Source: Caecitellus pseudoparvulus (lineage: Eukaryota; Protista; Bigyra: Bicosoecida). Taken from it: a stretch of DNA of 36,436 nt. The DNA lies in contig CBFFRQ010000162.1 in assembly GCA_965644315.1 (NCBI GenBank), positions 1 to 36,436 on the forward strand. The letters run 5' to 3'. Position 1 is the first letter of the stretch. Each line of letters opens with the position of its first letter. The notes beneath the pieces are model-generated. The model searched no databases, was not told the origin of the DNA, and saw nothing but the letters and a program-made list of their open reading frames with translations. Both the position numbers and the translations under genes were made by a program. Of this stretch, positions 14,201 through 24,900 are shown piece by piece.

Positions 14201-14635
14201 CGCTGCTCCAACGCACGTGCCCGGGGCCGCAACTGCCGCACAGGGCTGCCCTGACGCATCAGCACCAGTGACGCCCTCCAACACAAAGCTCATTCCCAGA
14301 GCATCGTCTGAGAAGGCAGCTACGTCGCCGGGAACCGGCAGAGGCCCGGCGGATGTGCAGTGTGCAGTTGGTGGAACTGGGGCCGTTTGCGGAGAATGAA
14401 GCCAGGCGGCGAGGGAAACATTGCCGAACCCTGACCCCAGAGACATGAAGAGGATTGAGTTTGTGCTCTTCAGTGCCATGCCGGTGGCGTGCCAAGCGGT
14501 CCCTGTCAGCGCTCCAACAGCGCTTGGCAAGGAGACGTGGAGCAGGCTGCTGTGCTCCTGCGCCCCCACGCCACACCAGCCCGCCAGGATCAGCACAAGC
14601 GGCCACACCGTGACAGCTGCCCTGAAACCCACCAT
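1..14635 (-). CDS. Giant putative cell-surface/secreted repeat protein (>4,800 aa if the six +1 insertions are errors): signal peptide, FG-GAP-like region, Pmp-like beta-helix, tandem Ig-like/beta-sandwich stalk; 3' end lies outside the window
   Basis: ORF 6731..14683 starts at GTG. The first in-frame ATG (14635) begins MVGFRAAVTVWPLVLILAGWCGVGA/QE, a signal-peptide-like sequence. FG-GAP-like motifs: ASSWGQALA...AIGSP, GQWFGWSMA...LIVGAP, AQFGSSV. Beta-helix motifs: GGALRV, FSNNSALTGFGGAL, FLNNSAALGGGGM, FAGNSAHDGAGGAV. The same 137-aa frame continues in ORFs 6319-6864, 5868-6452, 3401-6040, 2578-3573, 2205-2750 and on to position 1. Many NxS/T sequons. Confidence 0.8.
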
Positions 14636-15252
14636 GCTTGTCGTGTCCAGTCGGCGGCTTTGCTTCAGGTGCTGCCGGGGCACGCCCGAAAGGCTGTCAA
14701 GCCCGACAAGCCCGGCGTTTCACACCCACCAGCCAGCGAAAGAAGCGTCGCGCAGACCCAGCGGGAGAAGCTTCGAGAAAGGCAGGCAAGCCCAAGAACA
14801 GCGAAGGTGCTCGTGGAGTGGGCATATGTAGCGTTAAGTGTCGCCTTCGCGGCACGGAATCGATTTTGGGACCCGGTGGTGTGCGGGAGCGAGCCCTGGT
14901 CTCCTCGCGGCGGCCGAAGGCAGGGAAAGTCAGCCAGCTGCCGCACCTTCCGCCGCCCGGAGGGGACCAACTGACAGGGCAGCTGCATCTCAATGCTGAA
15001 TCGTCTGCCTCGTCTCCAGCGAGGTCCACCGGTTGGGGTTGTTGCAGCGGCGCACGGCCACATGCGAGTGACAGACACCGTGAAGTCTGCAAAGCACTAC
15101 CTGTGCACACACCACCAGAATGGGAAAGGATCGCCGTAAACGATGTCTGATCCAAGGGTTGCGGGGCGAGGTTGCATGCGGCGGCACTTCGCATCGCTGC
15201 CGCCGCGACCTCCGGCGAGCTCCAGTGGCGTCCGAGCCGGGCAGGCCGATCA

Positions 15253-17490
15253 TCACGCGGCCTTGACATGCCGTGCTACCGCCGCTGTGTCCTGCACAGC
15301 CCCCTCATCAAGCGCGAAGAAGACAAAGGATGGAGACCCTTCACTTTCAGCTTCACGGCGACCGACGAAGAGCACAGAGAATGCGCCATCCGGGGTCTGC
15401 ACTTCAACCGACAAGGAGGCTTCTGACAGGGTCAAGCAACGAGCGGGGGGTGGTAGGCCTGCATCCGGCCACGTGCAGGTTTGAACGTGGGCGCCTGACA
15501 AGGTTGGGGGTTCACCCTGCCTCCTTGGCTGCCCTGCCCCCTGGTGCTCGCCCCGCACTTGCCTAGGCGGCCCGCTCAAATGCAGCCCTTCCGATAACGA
15601 ACTCGGCGTGGCCACGCTCGCTGGTGGTGACGGCACCAGAGAGGGGGGTGAGAGTCGCCCTTCCTCATCAAAAGTGCCAGAGCCTGGCGCACTTGATGCT
15701 GACAACTGCGCCTGAAGCCACGGGACTGCCTCTGCGAAGGCAGCTTCAACTGCAGCCACCCACGGGTGCACGAAGTCGCTGCCAGATTCGGGTGGGTGCG
15801 GGCCACTGCGGTGGGCAGGAATAGGGGGTACCACTCTCATGCGAAGGTCCGGCTGCAGAACAAGGAAATGCAGCAAATGGTTTCCACTCCGAGTGGCGCT
15901 GTGGACAGGGGGGGGCATATCGAATGCCCATTCGGTGGCGGCGGGGCTGTGCATGCACAAGCGCAACACGCACACTTGAGTGGAGAAGGAGTGGCTGGAC
16001 TCCGTCGCGGCAAACGCGGGCGCCAGAATGTGGCCAGGCTGCTGAGCTTCCGAGGCGGCTCGCACGACTGCGCCTGGCAGCCCTTCCGTGGAGGGCAGCA
16101 CCCGACTGTGAAGGGAGGGCGGCAGCGTGTCGCTGGCCACGGGGGCCAGGAGGGGTGCCGTCGCCAGGGCCGGCGCTGCGCGCTTCAACACTGCTGCGTG
16201 GACTTTCTGGCACACTTGCGACATGTGTCCCCTGCGGATCGGAGCGAGTGAGCCCTGTGTTGCGGTGCGTGCGCTGGCATGTGGCGCGAGGCTGGCTCAC
16301 AGAGATATACTGCTCGGAAAGGTACAGGACATCGCTGAGGCAGCGGCCATGGAGTCTTTGCTGGACACCACCCACAGCACTGCGCCTGTGTGCGGGGGCT
16401 GGCCAGAGGCAGGGGCGGTCCGTTCCTCCCAGAGTGCCTGCCAGCTGCTGGGCTCAGCGAGCGCCTGGGAGGCGCAGGGCACATACAGGACCTGAGTCAG
16501 GTGATGGCAGCCTTCTGAACTGGTGGCACTGATGCGGTGCACCTTCAGAGAGGCTTGCATGGTGGGTACCAAGGAGGGGTATCGCGCCGCATGCTCTGCT
16601 GTCGCCAGCGCAAGGCGCGCAGCCGGTAGGAGGTGCGGCGAGACCAGTGAGTTGGCAACCACACCCCCACAGGAGGCCAGGACACAGCCTTGATACACAT
16701 GGCCTGCTTCCCCTCGCACCTGGTCGTCCACCGCTGCCAGCAGCTGCGCGGGGGGCTCAGCCCACTCCACGCCCGCCGCCCGTGCAGTGAGGCACGTACC
16801 GCCAGCTTCTGCGGCAAGGAACACGCCAGGCGACAGGGACGCACTGGCGCCCACCACGCCATGCGCACTGCTCCCCACTGAAGATGCTTCGTGCCACAGG
16901 GCGCACAGCTCACGCAGGACTCCTTGCCAACTCTGCACAAGGGGGGTCAACGGCGTCCAGGGTGCTGCGGGCATTCGCCCGCCTGCAACCCACTCACTTC
17001 GCAGCTCGAGGGCATGTCCTTGTAGAAGGGTCCACACACAAGACTCAGCCACTCTGCCATGCTCAGAACGGCAGTCTGCTTGATTGGAGTGGAGCGCAGT
17101 GCGAGACAAGTGCAGCAGAGTTTCGCCGGCGTTTCGTACCTGAGCCAGGCTACCGGACGCCCCGCTCGCCAGCACGACTGTGAGAGCAGGAGCGCCTGGA
17201 GACGGAACAAAACAGCCTACTGAAACATCTTGCTTGCTTGCGGTGCGTTGCAGCGTCACCACTCCTCGCCCGTGGCTCAGCATCGTGAGAGCAGTTGCAA
17301 CAATGTCCTGTTGCTCACCCTCGCCAAGCTCGAACCGCTCGGCACAGGCCCAGTAGCTGCTTGAGCCGTGCGCTGCCGTGCTGCTGGGATGGGTCAGAAA
17401 GGCCCCTAGAACGGCAGCAGGGGCCAGCTCGTCATGGGCCGGCTGCATCTGGACGTGGTGTGGAGTCGCAGCTCGCGCCGAGTGCGACAT
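15253..17490 (-). CDS. Inturned-like (CPLANE / tri-longin GEF subunit, Intu/HPS4/CCZ1 superfamily) protein; at least 2 exons, 5' end uncertain
   Basis: ORFs 16297..17637 and 15253..16224 join in frame across a 69-nt intron (16300..16232), giving ...SSISL-GHMSQ.... Segments GCVLASCGGVVANSL, GNHLLHFLVLQPDLRMRVVPP and SVLFVGRR...FVFFALDE resemble, from memory, Inturned longin-2/3 segments ([43 protein letters not shown]...LYVCFHDS). The start is either ATG 17490 or an upstream exon spliced at the ttttacag acceptor near 17593. Confidence 0.55.
16232..16300 (-). other. Spliceosomal intron (69 nt)
   Basis: Donor CT|GTGAGC, acceptor CCGCAG|G. Removal joins two long ORFs in frame. Confidence 0.8.
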
Positions 17491-18051
17491 ACTGGAGAGG
17501 CGATCGCCAACGATGAAACACCGCTGGGATGCAGATGCCGTGTCGCACGGCAGAATAATGTTGGCAGTGTGTGCAGTGGTCGGCTGTGAGACCTGTAAAA
17601 GTTGAAGAGAATGCAAAATTGCCCGTAAGCAGAGCAACGGCTTTCATCTTGGTCAAAACTCATGTAACTGGTGAGCTTGCAGGAAGTCAACGTCACGTTC
17701 TGCGTGGAGAGAGTCCATGAACAAAAGCCACATGAAACCGCTTCCACGAAGCTCGACTCTGGATGGAATGAACTCGGTACAGACTTTACCCCGTTCGAGA
17801 GGAAGCTTTTTTCCCTTGCTCTTGCGTCGTGCGCACTTCGCTGGCGTGTTGCCCGCTGCCTCTCGAGTGCAGCGGGGCGGGCCCTGCTCGACCCCACAAG
17901 AGTGGATTTGCGCGATTAGCGTGGGAGTACCTGCTGAGGACAGTCTGCAACTGGGAAGACCGCCGCAGGAAGGTCTTGGAGGCGCTGCCAGTTGCCAGTT
18001 GGCAGTGCGGAAACTGAGTGCGGAGTTTGACGAGGCTCGAGGACCGCTTCC

Positions 18052-19578
18052 ATGACGCGTTGGAGAGGTAGCAGGGCACAGCCCCAGCGCCCAGCCGCCG
18101 CCACAACAAACACCATGGCAGTGTACGCGGTGTTCCTCGTGGCCATGTTGGTGGTGGGGGGCAGCGTGATGCTGTGGCAGCTGGGTGGCTTGCCAGTTCG
18201 CCCCGCCCAGCACATCACTCCAGACGGACTGCACGCTCCGCTGGGCAAGGAACACCAGCTGGCTCGTTTCGCTGCCAGCCCTGGGGGAAGGGACGAAGGT
18301 GGTGCCCTGCGTGGGGCGCCCCCCTCCCCCGCGCCGCCGGCGCTCCCCGCTGTCCACCCCCCCCAGGCCAGCCCAGTGGCTGAGGCAGACTCCTCGGGCG
18401 GGTCCTCCGGCGCAGGCGCCATGGCAGCAGCGCTGGAGCCCGCCCTACCCGTGGTGGAGTTGGAGGCGGCGCAGGTGCCTCAGGCTGCCGCGCCGGTGGG
18501 TGCCCGGCAGGCGCTGGTGTTCACGATGGATACCATTGCGGCGTACGGTGCTGCGGCGGCCAAGGGTGGCCCTGCAGGGGAGATCCTGGTGACGTCCTGC
18601 CTGGTGGCGGGTTTGCGGCACTTGGGGTGGGAGGTCACTGTGGCGGCGTCGGACGAGGAGTTCTTCAGCGCCGGGGAGCGCATTGGCGATTTCGAGGCGG
18701 TGTTCGTGGACCCCTGGACGGTGTTCGGGCCTGGCTACACTGCCCGCCCCTTCCTCGTGGGGAAGGAAGCACGCACGTTTGTGTTGGACTTCTTCGGGGC
18801 GCCGGGCCTGGGGCATGGGGGGCTGGGCATTTCCCCCGCCCACCTGCTCACGGCGTACGATGTGCCGCCGTGGAACACGTATCTCGGCTTCTTCCTCCCG
18901 CCCAGCATTGGTGCTGCAGACCACGGTGACTCCGCCGACGCGCGCAGAGCAGCCTTGGCGCAGGGTGCAGCTGGTCTGACCTCCCATGGGTGGGTGCAGG
19001 TGCCGCGTGGGTGGCGCCGGGAGCGGGCATCTGCCGCAGCGCCTCAGCACGGGGTGTTGTGGGGCAAGAAGGCAGAGTACTTCGCCAGCTCCTTCGCCCA
19101 GCGGGCTATTCCGGCTGCGGCGGCCGTGGGGGCAGGCGTGCGCACGACTGCAGCACAGGGGCCGCCGTGGATGCGCACTCTGGAGAGCAGCGGCCGCCTG
19201 CAGCGCACTGGGCACCTGCGGCCTGCTGCCTGGCACGCCCTGCTTGCGGACAGCGCATACCTGCTGGCCCTGGGCGATCCACTCGCGGGGCCCAGTGCCC
19301 TGGAGGCGGTGGCGCTGGGGGCCGGGTACGTTGATGTGCAGTACGGAACGGGGCGGGGTCCACAGGGTGTGTACGGCAGCCAGCACCCTTTCGTGGCAGC
19401 ACACGTTCCTGAGGAGTACCTGTGCACAGTGCCAGTGGGGGATCCTGCCGCAGTGCAGGGTTGTGCGGAGCAGTTCGTGGGGCGAGGCGGCCTGCACGGC
19501 TTCCTGCCCACTGCGCTGACACCCATGGCGTACCTGGACAGACTGCGCGGTATCCTGGAGCTGCTGCCTGGCGCGTAA
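18052..19578 (+). CDS. MGAT5: GT18 family glycosyltransferase, alpha-1,6-mannosylglycoprotein 6-beta-N-acetylglucosaminyltransferase (GnT-V/MGAT5-like), type II membrane protein
   Basis: N-terminal TM helix (AVYAVFLVAMLVVGGSVMLW) and a Pro/Ala stem. Motifs in order: KGGPAGE...LRHLGWEV, VLDFFG, NTYLGF, LWGKK, LGDPLAGPSALEAVALG, SQHPF, FLPTALT...LDRL. These match remembered GnT-V motifs GGPLGE, VLDSFG, NSFLGF, VYGK, LGFPYEGPAPLEAIANG, SQHPY, YMPYEFT...LQRI. Intronless, 508 aa. Confidence 0.85.
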   Translation: MTRWRGSRAQPQRPAAATTNTMAVYAVFLVAMLVVGGSVMLWQLGGLPVRPAQHITPDGLHAPLGKEHQLARFAASPGGRDEGGALRGAPPSPAPPALPAVHPPQASPVAEADSSGGSSGAGAMAAALEPALPVVELEAAQVPQAAAPVGARQALVFTMDTIAAYGAAAAKGGPAGEILVTSCLVAGLRHLGWEVTVAASDEEFFSAGERIGDFEAVFVDPWTVFGPGYTARPFLVGKEARTFVLDFFGAPGLGHGGLGISPAHLLTAYDVPPWNTYLGFFLPPSIGAADHGDSADARRAALAQGAAGLTSHGWVQVPRGWRRERASAAAPQHGVLWGKKAEYFASSFAQRAIPAAAAVGAGVRTTAAQGPPWMRTLESSGRLQRTGHLRPAAWHALLADSAYLLALGDPLAGPSALEAVALGAGYVDVQYGTGRGPQGVYGSQHPFVAAHVPEEYLCTVPVGDPAAVQGCAEQFVGRGGLHGFLPTALTPMAYLDRLRGILELLPGA

Positions 19579-19608
19579 CGGCGTCCCGCGGAATGCATTG
19601 CAGACGCC

Positions 19609-21526
19609 TCACTGGGCGCTGGCGAGTGAGAAGGCGGGGGAGAGGGGGCGAGCCAGGGGTGGCCAGGGCAAGGCGGCCAGAGCGGCGGGGGACAGCACGT
19701 CGGTGACTTGGGGCAGGAGACCAGGGCAGGGCAGGCTGCTGGCGTGTGCAGGGGGCAGTAGGGGCGTGCAGGCGGGGGAGGGTTCCGCCTCGCGCCGGCG
19801 CTTCACGCCCCCAATCACAGGCAGAGGCAGCACCCTGCTAACGTCAGCCACGGGTGCCACGGGCGCAGGCAGCGCGATGAACACGTCATCCTCCTCCTCG
19901 CACTCGAAGCTTTCGGAGCGGAGGGAGCCCGTGTCCCACTCGCTGTCATACCCCGAGCTGGCCGTGGAGTGTGCCTCTGGCGCTGGGCCAGTGCACAGCG
20001 AGTCGTGGCTGGCAGTGGGCGACTGCGGCTCGTGGCAGGCAGCCTCTGCGCCGTGCAGGCAGGGGCGGCAAGCGGGCTCGCCGGAGGGCAGTGCTTGGAG
20101 GGCGGGTGCGCCCTCCTGCTGCACCTTGCGCAGGTTCAGGCGCTCCGAGGCGTGGGGTGCGGGGACCCCCGTCAAGGCGGGGTCTTCCTTGATGACGCTG
20201 TTCATGCTGGGGATGTGCGACACCAGCATGCCGCCGTCGGCCGCCCAGGCGGAGGGGAAGGAACCAGCCTCGCCGGGACTCACGGCCACTGCCTGCAGGA
20301 GGGCTGTTGCCGCGGCGGCGGTGTCAGCGGCGCCTGTCGCAGGGCGCTTGGCAGGGGCGGGTGTCGTGGGGAGCTGTGCTCGCAGGGAGTGTGCCCCCAG
20401 CACCACCGCGCCCGCCTGGGCGCGAGACTTGAGCTGCACGAAGGCGTGGTGGTGGCTGCCACTGAGGCTGCCCCCCACACTGACACACACACAATGGCGC
20501 ACAGCCAGGGAGGCGCCCTTGGGCCCGGCACATGCCCGCAGCAGCGCGTGCACTGCGCTGGGCTGAGCCGCAGATGCTGGCAGGCCCGACAGCAACACCC
20601 ACTCAGACGGCTTGGTACGGACCTCGAAGGGGGCAGTGCGCACGGTGTTGAAGGAGCCAAGGCGCACTTCCAGGTGTGCCAGGGTGCCGTCCGGGGTCAG
20701 GCGCTCGCCGGGGCGGCAGGAGACCTCCCAGTGGCCCCCCGCACTGTGCGTCGGTGCGTCGGGTTGCCACCGCCACTGCGCACGGGCTGTGAGGGCGGGC
20801 TCCCGGTGGCACTCGGCGCCTGACTGGGCGTCCACGTGCACGACGTCCACGGAGGGCGTGAGTTCCCTGAACGCAGCGACGGCCTTGGCAGCGGGGGGGG
20901 CGGTGCTGGCGCCTTGGCGGGGCTCCAAGTCCACACGCACCACCAGGCTGCGCTTGGCGGAGCCAAACTGGCCATACCAGATGCCGGCACACTGACAGGC
21001 GGATTTGGCGCAAGGCATGAGGCTGCGCACCATGTCCCCCTTGTCGGAGGCGTAGGCGAGGGTGGCTGCCAGGCAGTGTGAGCCGCCGGTGCAGGCTTGA
21101 ATGTCCACGTTGACCTCTGCTGTGTTAGCAATACTGCACAGCTTCCTCAGAGCCTGAGAGTGGAGGAGAGCGAGTGTGTGCACATTTGCAAGCAGCCAGA
21201 GGGGCAAGTCCTGGGGAACGGCGCGTGCACGAGCCCCGAACGCCAGGAGAACGCCAGGGCGTGTCGGCGCCGAATTCCGCACGTACCTCGACAGTCTGGC
21301 GGCTGGAATCCTCGGTGCACGCGATACGTTGCTCCGCTGCGGCTTGCCTCAGTAAAAAGAGATCCTCGCAGCTCTTGCCGGATATACTGCAGCTCGGCTT
21401 CAGCCGTGGAGCTGGCAGCGGCTTGGGCGGCTGGGTGGGCGAAACACCCACCCGCGGAGCCCCCCGCAGTGCAGTTGCTGGTGGTCTCTGCCATGAATCT
21501 GGCAGGCTGATGCTGGCGGCCCTCAA
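19609..21526 (-). CDS. Hypothetical protein, possibly with an RRM-like domain and a low-complexity acidic/Pro C-terminus; 5' structure uncertain
   Basis: 557-aa ORF 19609..21282. A likely phase-0 intron 21286..21154 (GAG|GTACGT...CTCTCAG|GCT) joins ...RQTVE to ALRKLC.... No in-frame ATG was seen in the upstream exon. WVLLSGLP...HAFVQLKSRAQA resembles RNP2/RNP1. Confidence 0.5.
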
Positions 21527-21973
21527 CAGTGCTGGGAGCTGCCATCTTTCCAGATGTCGCAGCTCAGATGGAGCTAGGTGCGGCGAGTGGAAAGAGCTGG
21601 CGATGGCAGGGAACCGGCCTTGCGCAGGTCACAGCTAGATGCCGGTGTCGTTTGCTGGGGCGCAAAGAACACAAGCACACAGCTGTGGGCAAGGCTGGGA
21701 GTGCTGTGCGGGGGCACAAGCACTTGCTGGTGTCTGGCGTGTGTGTCGACACACGTCCAGGCACAGCAGCAGCCTGGTGTTGTGGCACTGGTGGCGTGCA
21801 CGACTGGCGGGCTTGAATGCAGTTACAGGTTCGGCACAAAATTATTGCGAGGTTGTGCCTGCAAGGTGTGCGCGAGATACCCCCCCCCCCATTGTGCCCG
21901 AGGCACCCCCCCCTCTCGAGCTGCACTTGCGGAACTTGGCCCACACCTGACGAGCGGGCTGGCTGACTTCCAG

Positions 21974-24900
21974 CGCGTGTGGAACCTGCATGTCGAGCAG
22001 GGACAGCAGCTGCTGTTGAAGGAAGGGGCCAGGTCCACATTTCGCAGGGCAAGACAGCCATGGCAGCGGCGGTGCAGGCGAACATGAAGCTGCGGCAAAT
22101 GTGTGCCATGCTGCAGGTGCGGGCGTTGGCGGGCGAGGCTTCCTTCGCCTCCTGACACGCCCTGTGCGCCGTTCCCCCTCTCAGTCTGACAAGCAAGAGC
22201 TGACAAAGGAACTAGGTGCTGTGTCATCGGAGCTCGCGCAGCAGCACTCGGCCTTGGTCCAGGTGCGTGAGCTGCTGTCGCAGGTGTTGCAGGCGCCGGT
22301 GCCGCTTTCAGTTGGGCTGCCCAGTGGTGACAGAGAGCACCGCCAGCCACTGCCGCACAGTGCCACGCAGAGCCACGCAGCCACTTGACACACCCTCCCT
22401 GCACCTCACAGGTGGAGCGCCGCTGCAGCAAGCTGGAGGCCGAGCACGCCTCCATGAAGCGGGAGCGCGACCAAGCCTGCAGCCGCGTGGAGGGACTCAA
22501 GGCGCAAATCAGCGCGCTGGACGCGGACCGCAGCGGCACCCACGCCCGACTGCAGGCCCAGCTGCAAGGCTTGGAGTCGGCCGTGCGCGCTGCAAAGGAC
22601 AACTTCGAAGGCCAGCGCCAGCAGCTCCTGCAGCGCCTGACGCAGGCTGAGCGGGAGGCGGCATCGGCCACTGAGGCAGCGGCAGAGGCTGCAGACGCCG
22701 CTGCTGCACGGGAAGCAAAGCTGCAGGAAGCGTTGAGTGCCGCCAGAGCACGGGAAGCGCGTGCCGTCGCGGCACAGCGCAGTGCTGAAGCGGACGCCAC
22801 CTCTGAAGCCATCACGGAGCTGCGAGCCGCACTGGCACAGGCCGAGGCGGATGCCGCAGCTGACAAGCGAGCGGCAATCGCCGCGCTGACCAAGCGGTGT
22901 GAGAACCAGGCCGAGGCGCTGGCGGAGGCGGAGGCTGAGCGGGCAGCGCTGCAGCGCCACAGCGCCACAGCGCTGCTGGTGACGTCGCTCAGCGGCGTTC
23001 TCCAACGCCGCACCGTGGCCCATCTGCCCCGCGCGTTTCAAATGTGGCGCGTTGCAGTGGGGGCTGACCCTGCGCTGCGCCTGTCCCAGGCTGAGCAGCG
23101 CTCACGTGCGCTGGAAGCTGAGCTGCGTGCCGCCACACGGCGGGTGGCTGAGGCGGAGGAGGCCGCCGCGAAGGCCAAGCGGCGTGCAGATGAGCGCGTG
23201 GCGGAGGCAGCAGCTGAGTTGGAGCGTGCAAAGTCCAGCGCCAAGGAGGCCCAGGCACAGCTGCAAGTGAAGCTTGACGAGAGCGACGCTGCGCTGAAGG
23301 CGGCGCAGAGCTCCGCTGCCGCTGGCGATGGGGAGGAAAGCAGCGAGAGCGACGACGCCGCAGGGCGTGCTCGGGCGCTGGAGAGCCTGTTGGTGGTGCT
23401 GAAGCAGCATCTCCTGGGGAAGTCACCACCGCTGCCTGACGTGGCGTTGTATGGCGCACTGACCAGTGCTGCTGCCTTCGACAGGCTCGTGTCCAAGCTG
23501 GCGGCGGTGGCGCGGCAGGGGCAGGTGGCGCCACCCTCTGCACCCCCCGCAGACGACGAGGTAGAGCAGACCATCGTGGCGTCGCCGGGTGCGTCAGCCG
23601 CCGCGCGCACGCTTGGCTCCCTCGCTGTCGGGCTCAGCGTGGAAGACATCGCGCGGTCGTCACTGGCCAAGGCCGTGGCCCAGCTGCGCAGCCGCGTAAC
23701 AGCGGCACAGAAGCAGGTGCAGGAGAGCCGAGCGAGGGAAGAAGCCCTGCGCGAAGCTGCGCTGGACGCTTGCACTGCCATGGGGTGGGCTGTACAGGAA
23801 GGGTGCGAAGCTGAAGCGCTGAAGGCGCGGGCTGCTGCTGGGGCCGCCGGCGAGCAGAGCAAGGCGTCCAGCCCGCCAGCTGGCACCTCACACGCGTACC
23901 AGCAGGCTGCATCTGCCCAAGCACATGCAGAGGAGGCTATGCAGACGGCTCTGGCTGTAGCCAGCGAGGCGCAAGCCTCCATTCAGTCAGCCCGCGAGGC
24001 AGCCGAGCGACAACGCGCACGGGCCGCTGCGCTGCAGGCACTGGCCAGCAGCGTATTGAGCCTGCTGGTGGATGTGGATGCTGTGAAGGCAAGGGAAGTC
24101 GAGGGTATGTTGGAAGAGGCGTGTGTGCCTGACAGCGTGCTTGGGCGCCTGCGCGGGTGGCTGCAGGCAGCGGCTGCCCCGACGCCAGGCGACGGCGATG
24201 AGGCGCCCACCGAGCAGCCCTTTCAAGGGCCTGGCCACGTCATCGCACAGTTCGCCTGCATCGCACACGCGCTGGACGACATTTCAGACACGCTCAGCAC
24301 AGGGGGCGGCGGCGAGGGGGGCGACTTGCCGGAGCCCCCACCCCCCCAAGCCTGCGGCATGTGTGCCCCAGCAGTGCAGCGTCTTTTTGAGAGCGTTGCG
24401 GGCGCCATGCGCCGATGGGGAGGCGTCACGGGTGAAGGTGACGGCGGCGTTGCCTCTCCTGGTTCCACGGCGCGCCTGAACGCCCTGCTGGCCGAGGCGG
24501 GGCGGTCCCTGGAGACGACGCGAGCTGACGTGGACGGCGCCAAGGCAGCTCTGGCACACAAAGCAGCTGAAGTGCACAACTTGAGGCAGCAGGTGGAGTA
24601 CTTGGACGCCAGGATGCTGCGCGTGGGGGCTGCCTCCACGGCACTGCAGAGCCATGTGGGTGCGCTGCAAGCGCTGTGTCGGTGCATGGGGGCAACCTTG
24701 GGCACGCTAGTGATGCAGCTGGCGCCTGCGTTGCTGAGCCAGGGCGAGCTGGCGGGCGCCTGGCGTGGCGCGCGGGAAGCCACAGCGCAGCAGGTCTCCT
24801 TCATCGAAGACCCAGAAATGCTGGGCATCGATGCGGAGCCGCAGGTGCCGTTCCCCATGCCGGCTGACGCGGCGCTGCCCGGTCTGCCGGACCAGCCGCC

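Noticed and set aside
14636-15252. Overlapping 130-190 aa ORFs on both strands
   Set aside because: No recognisable motifs. Such ORFs are expected by chance in high-GC DNA; this is probably the promoter/5' region of the giant gene and the 3' UTR of the neighbour.
17600-18050. Small ORFs between the divergent Inturned-like and MGAT5-like genes
   Set aside because: No consistent coding signal. The region is probably a bidirectional promoter or an unresolved 5' exon/intron.
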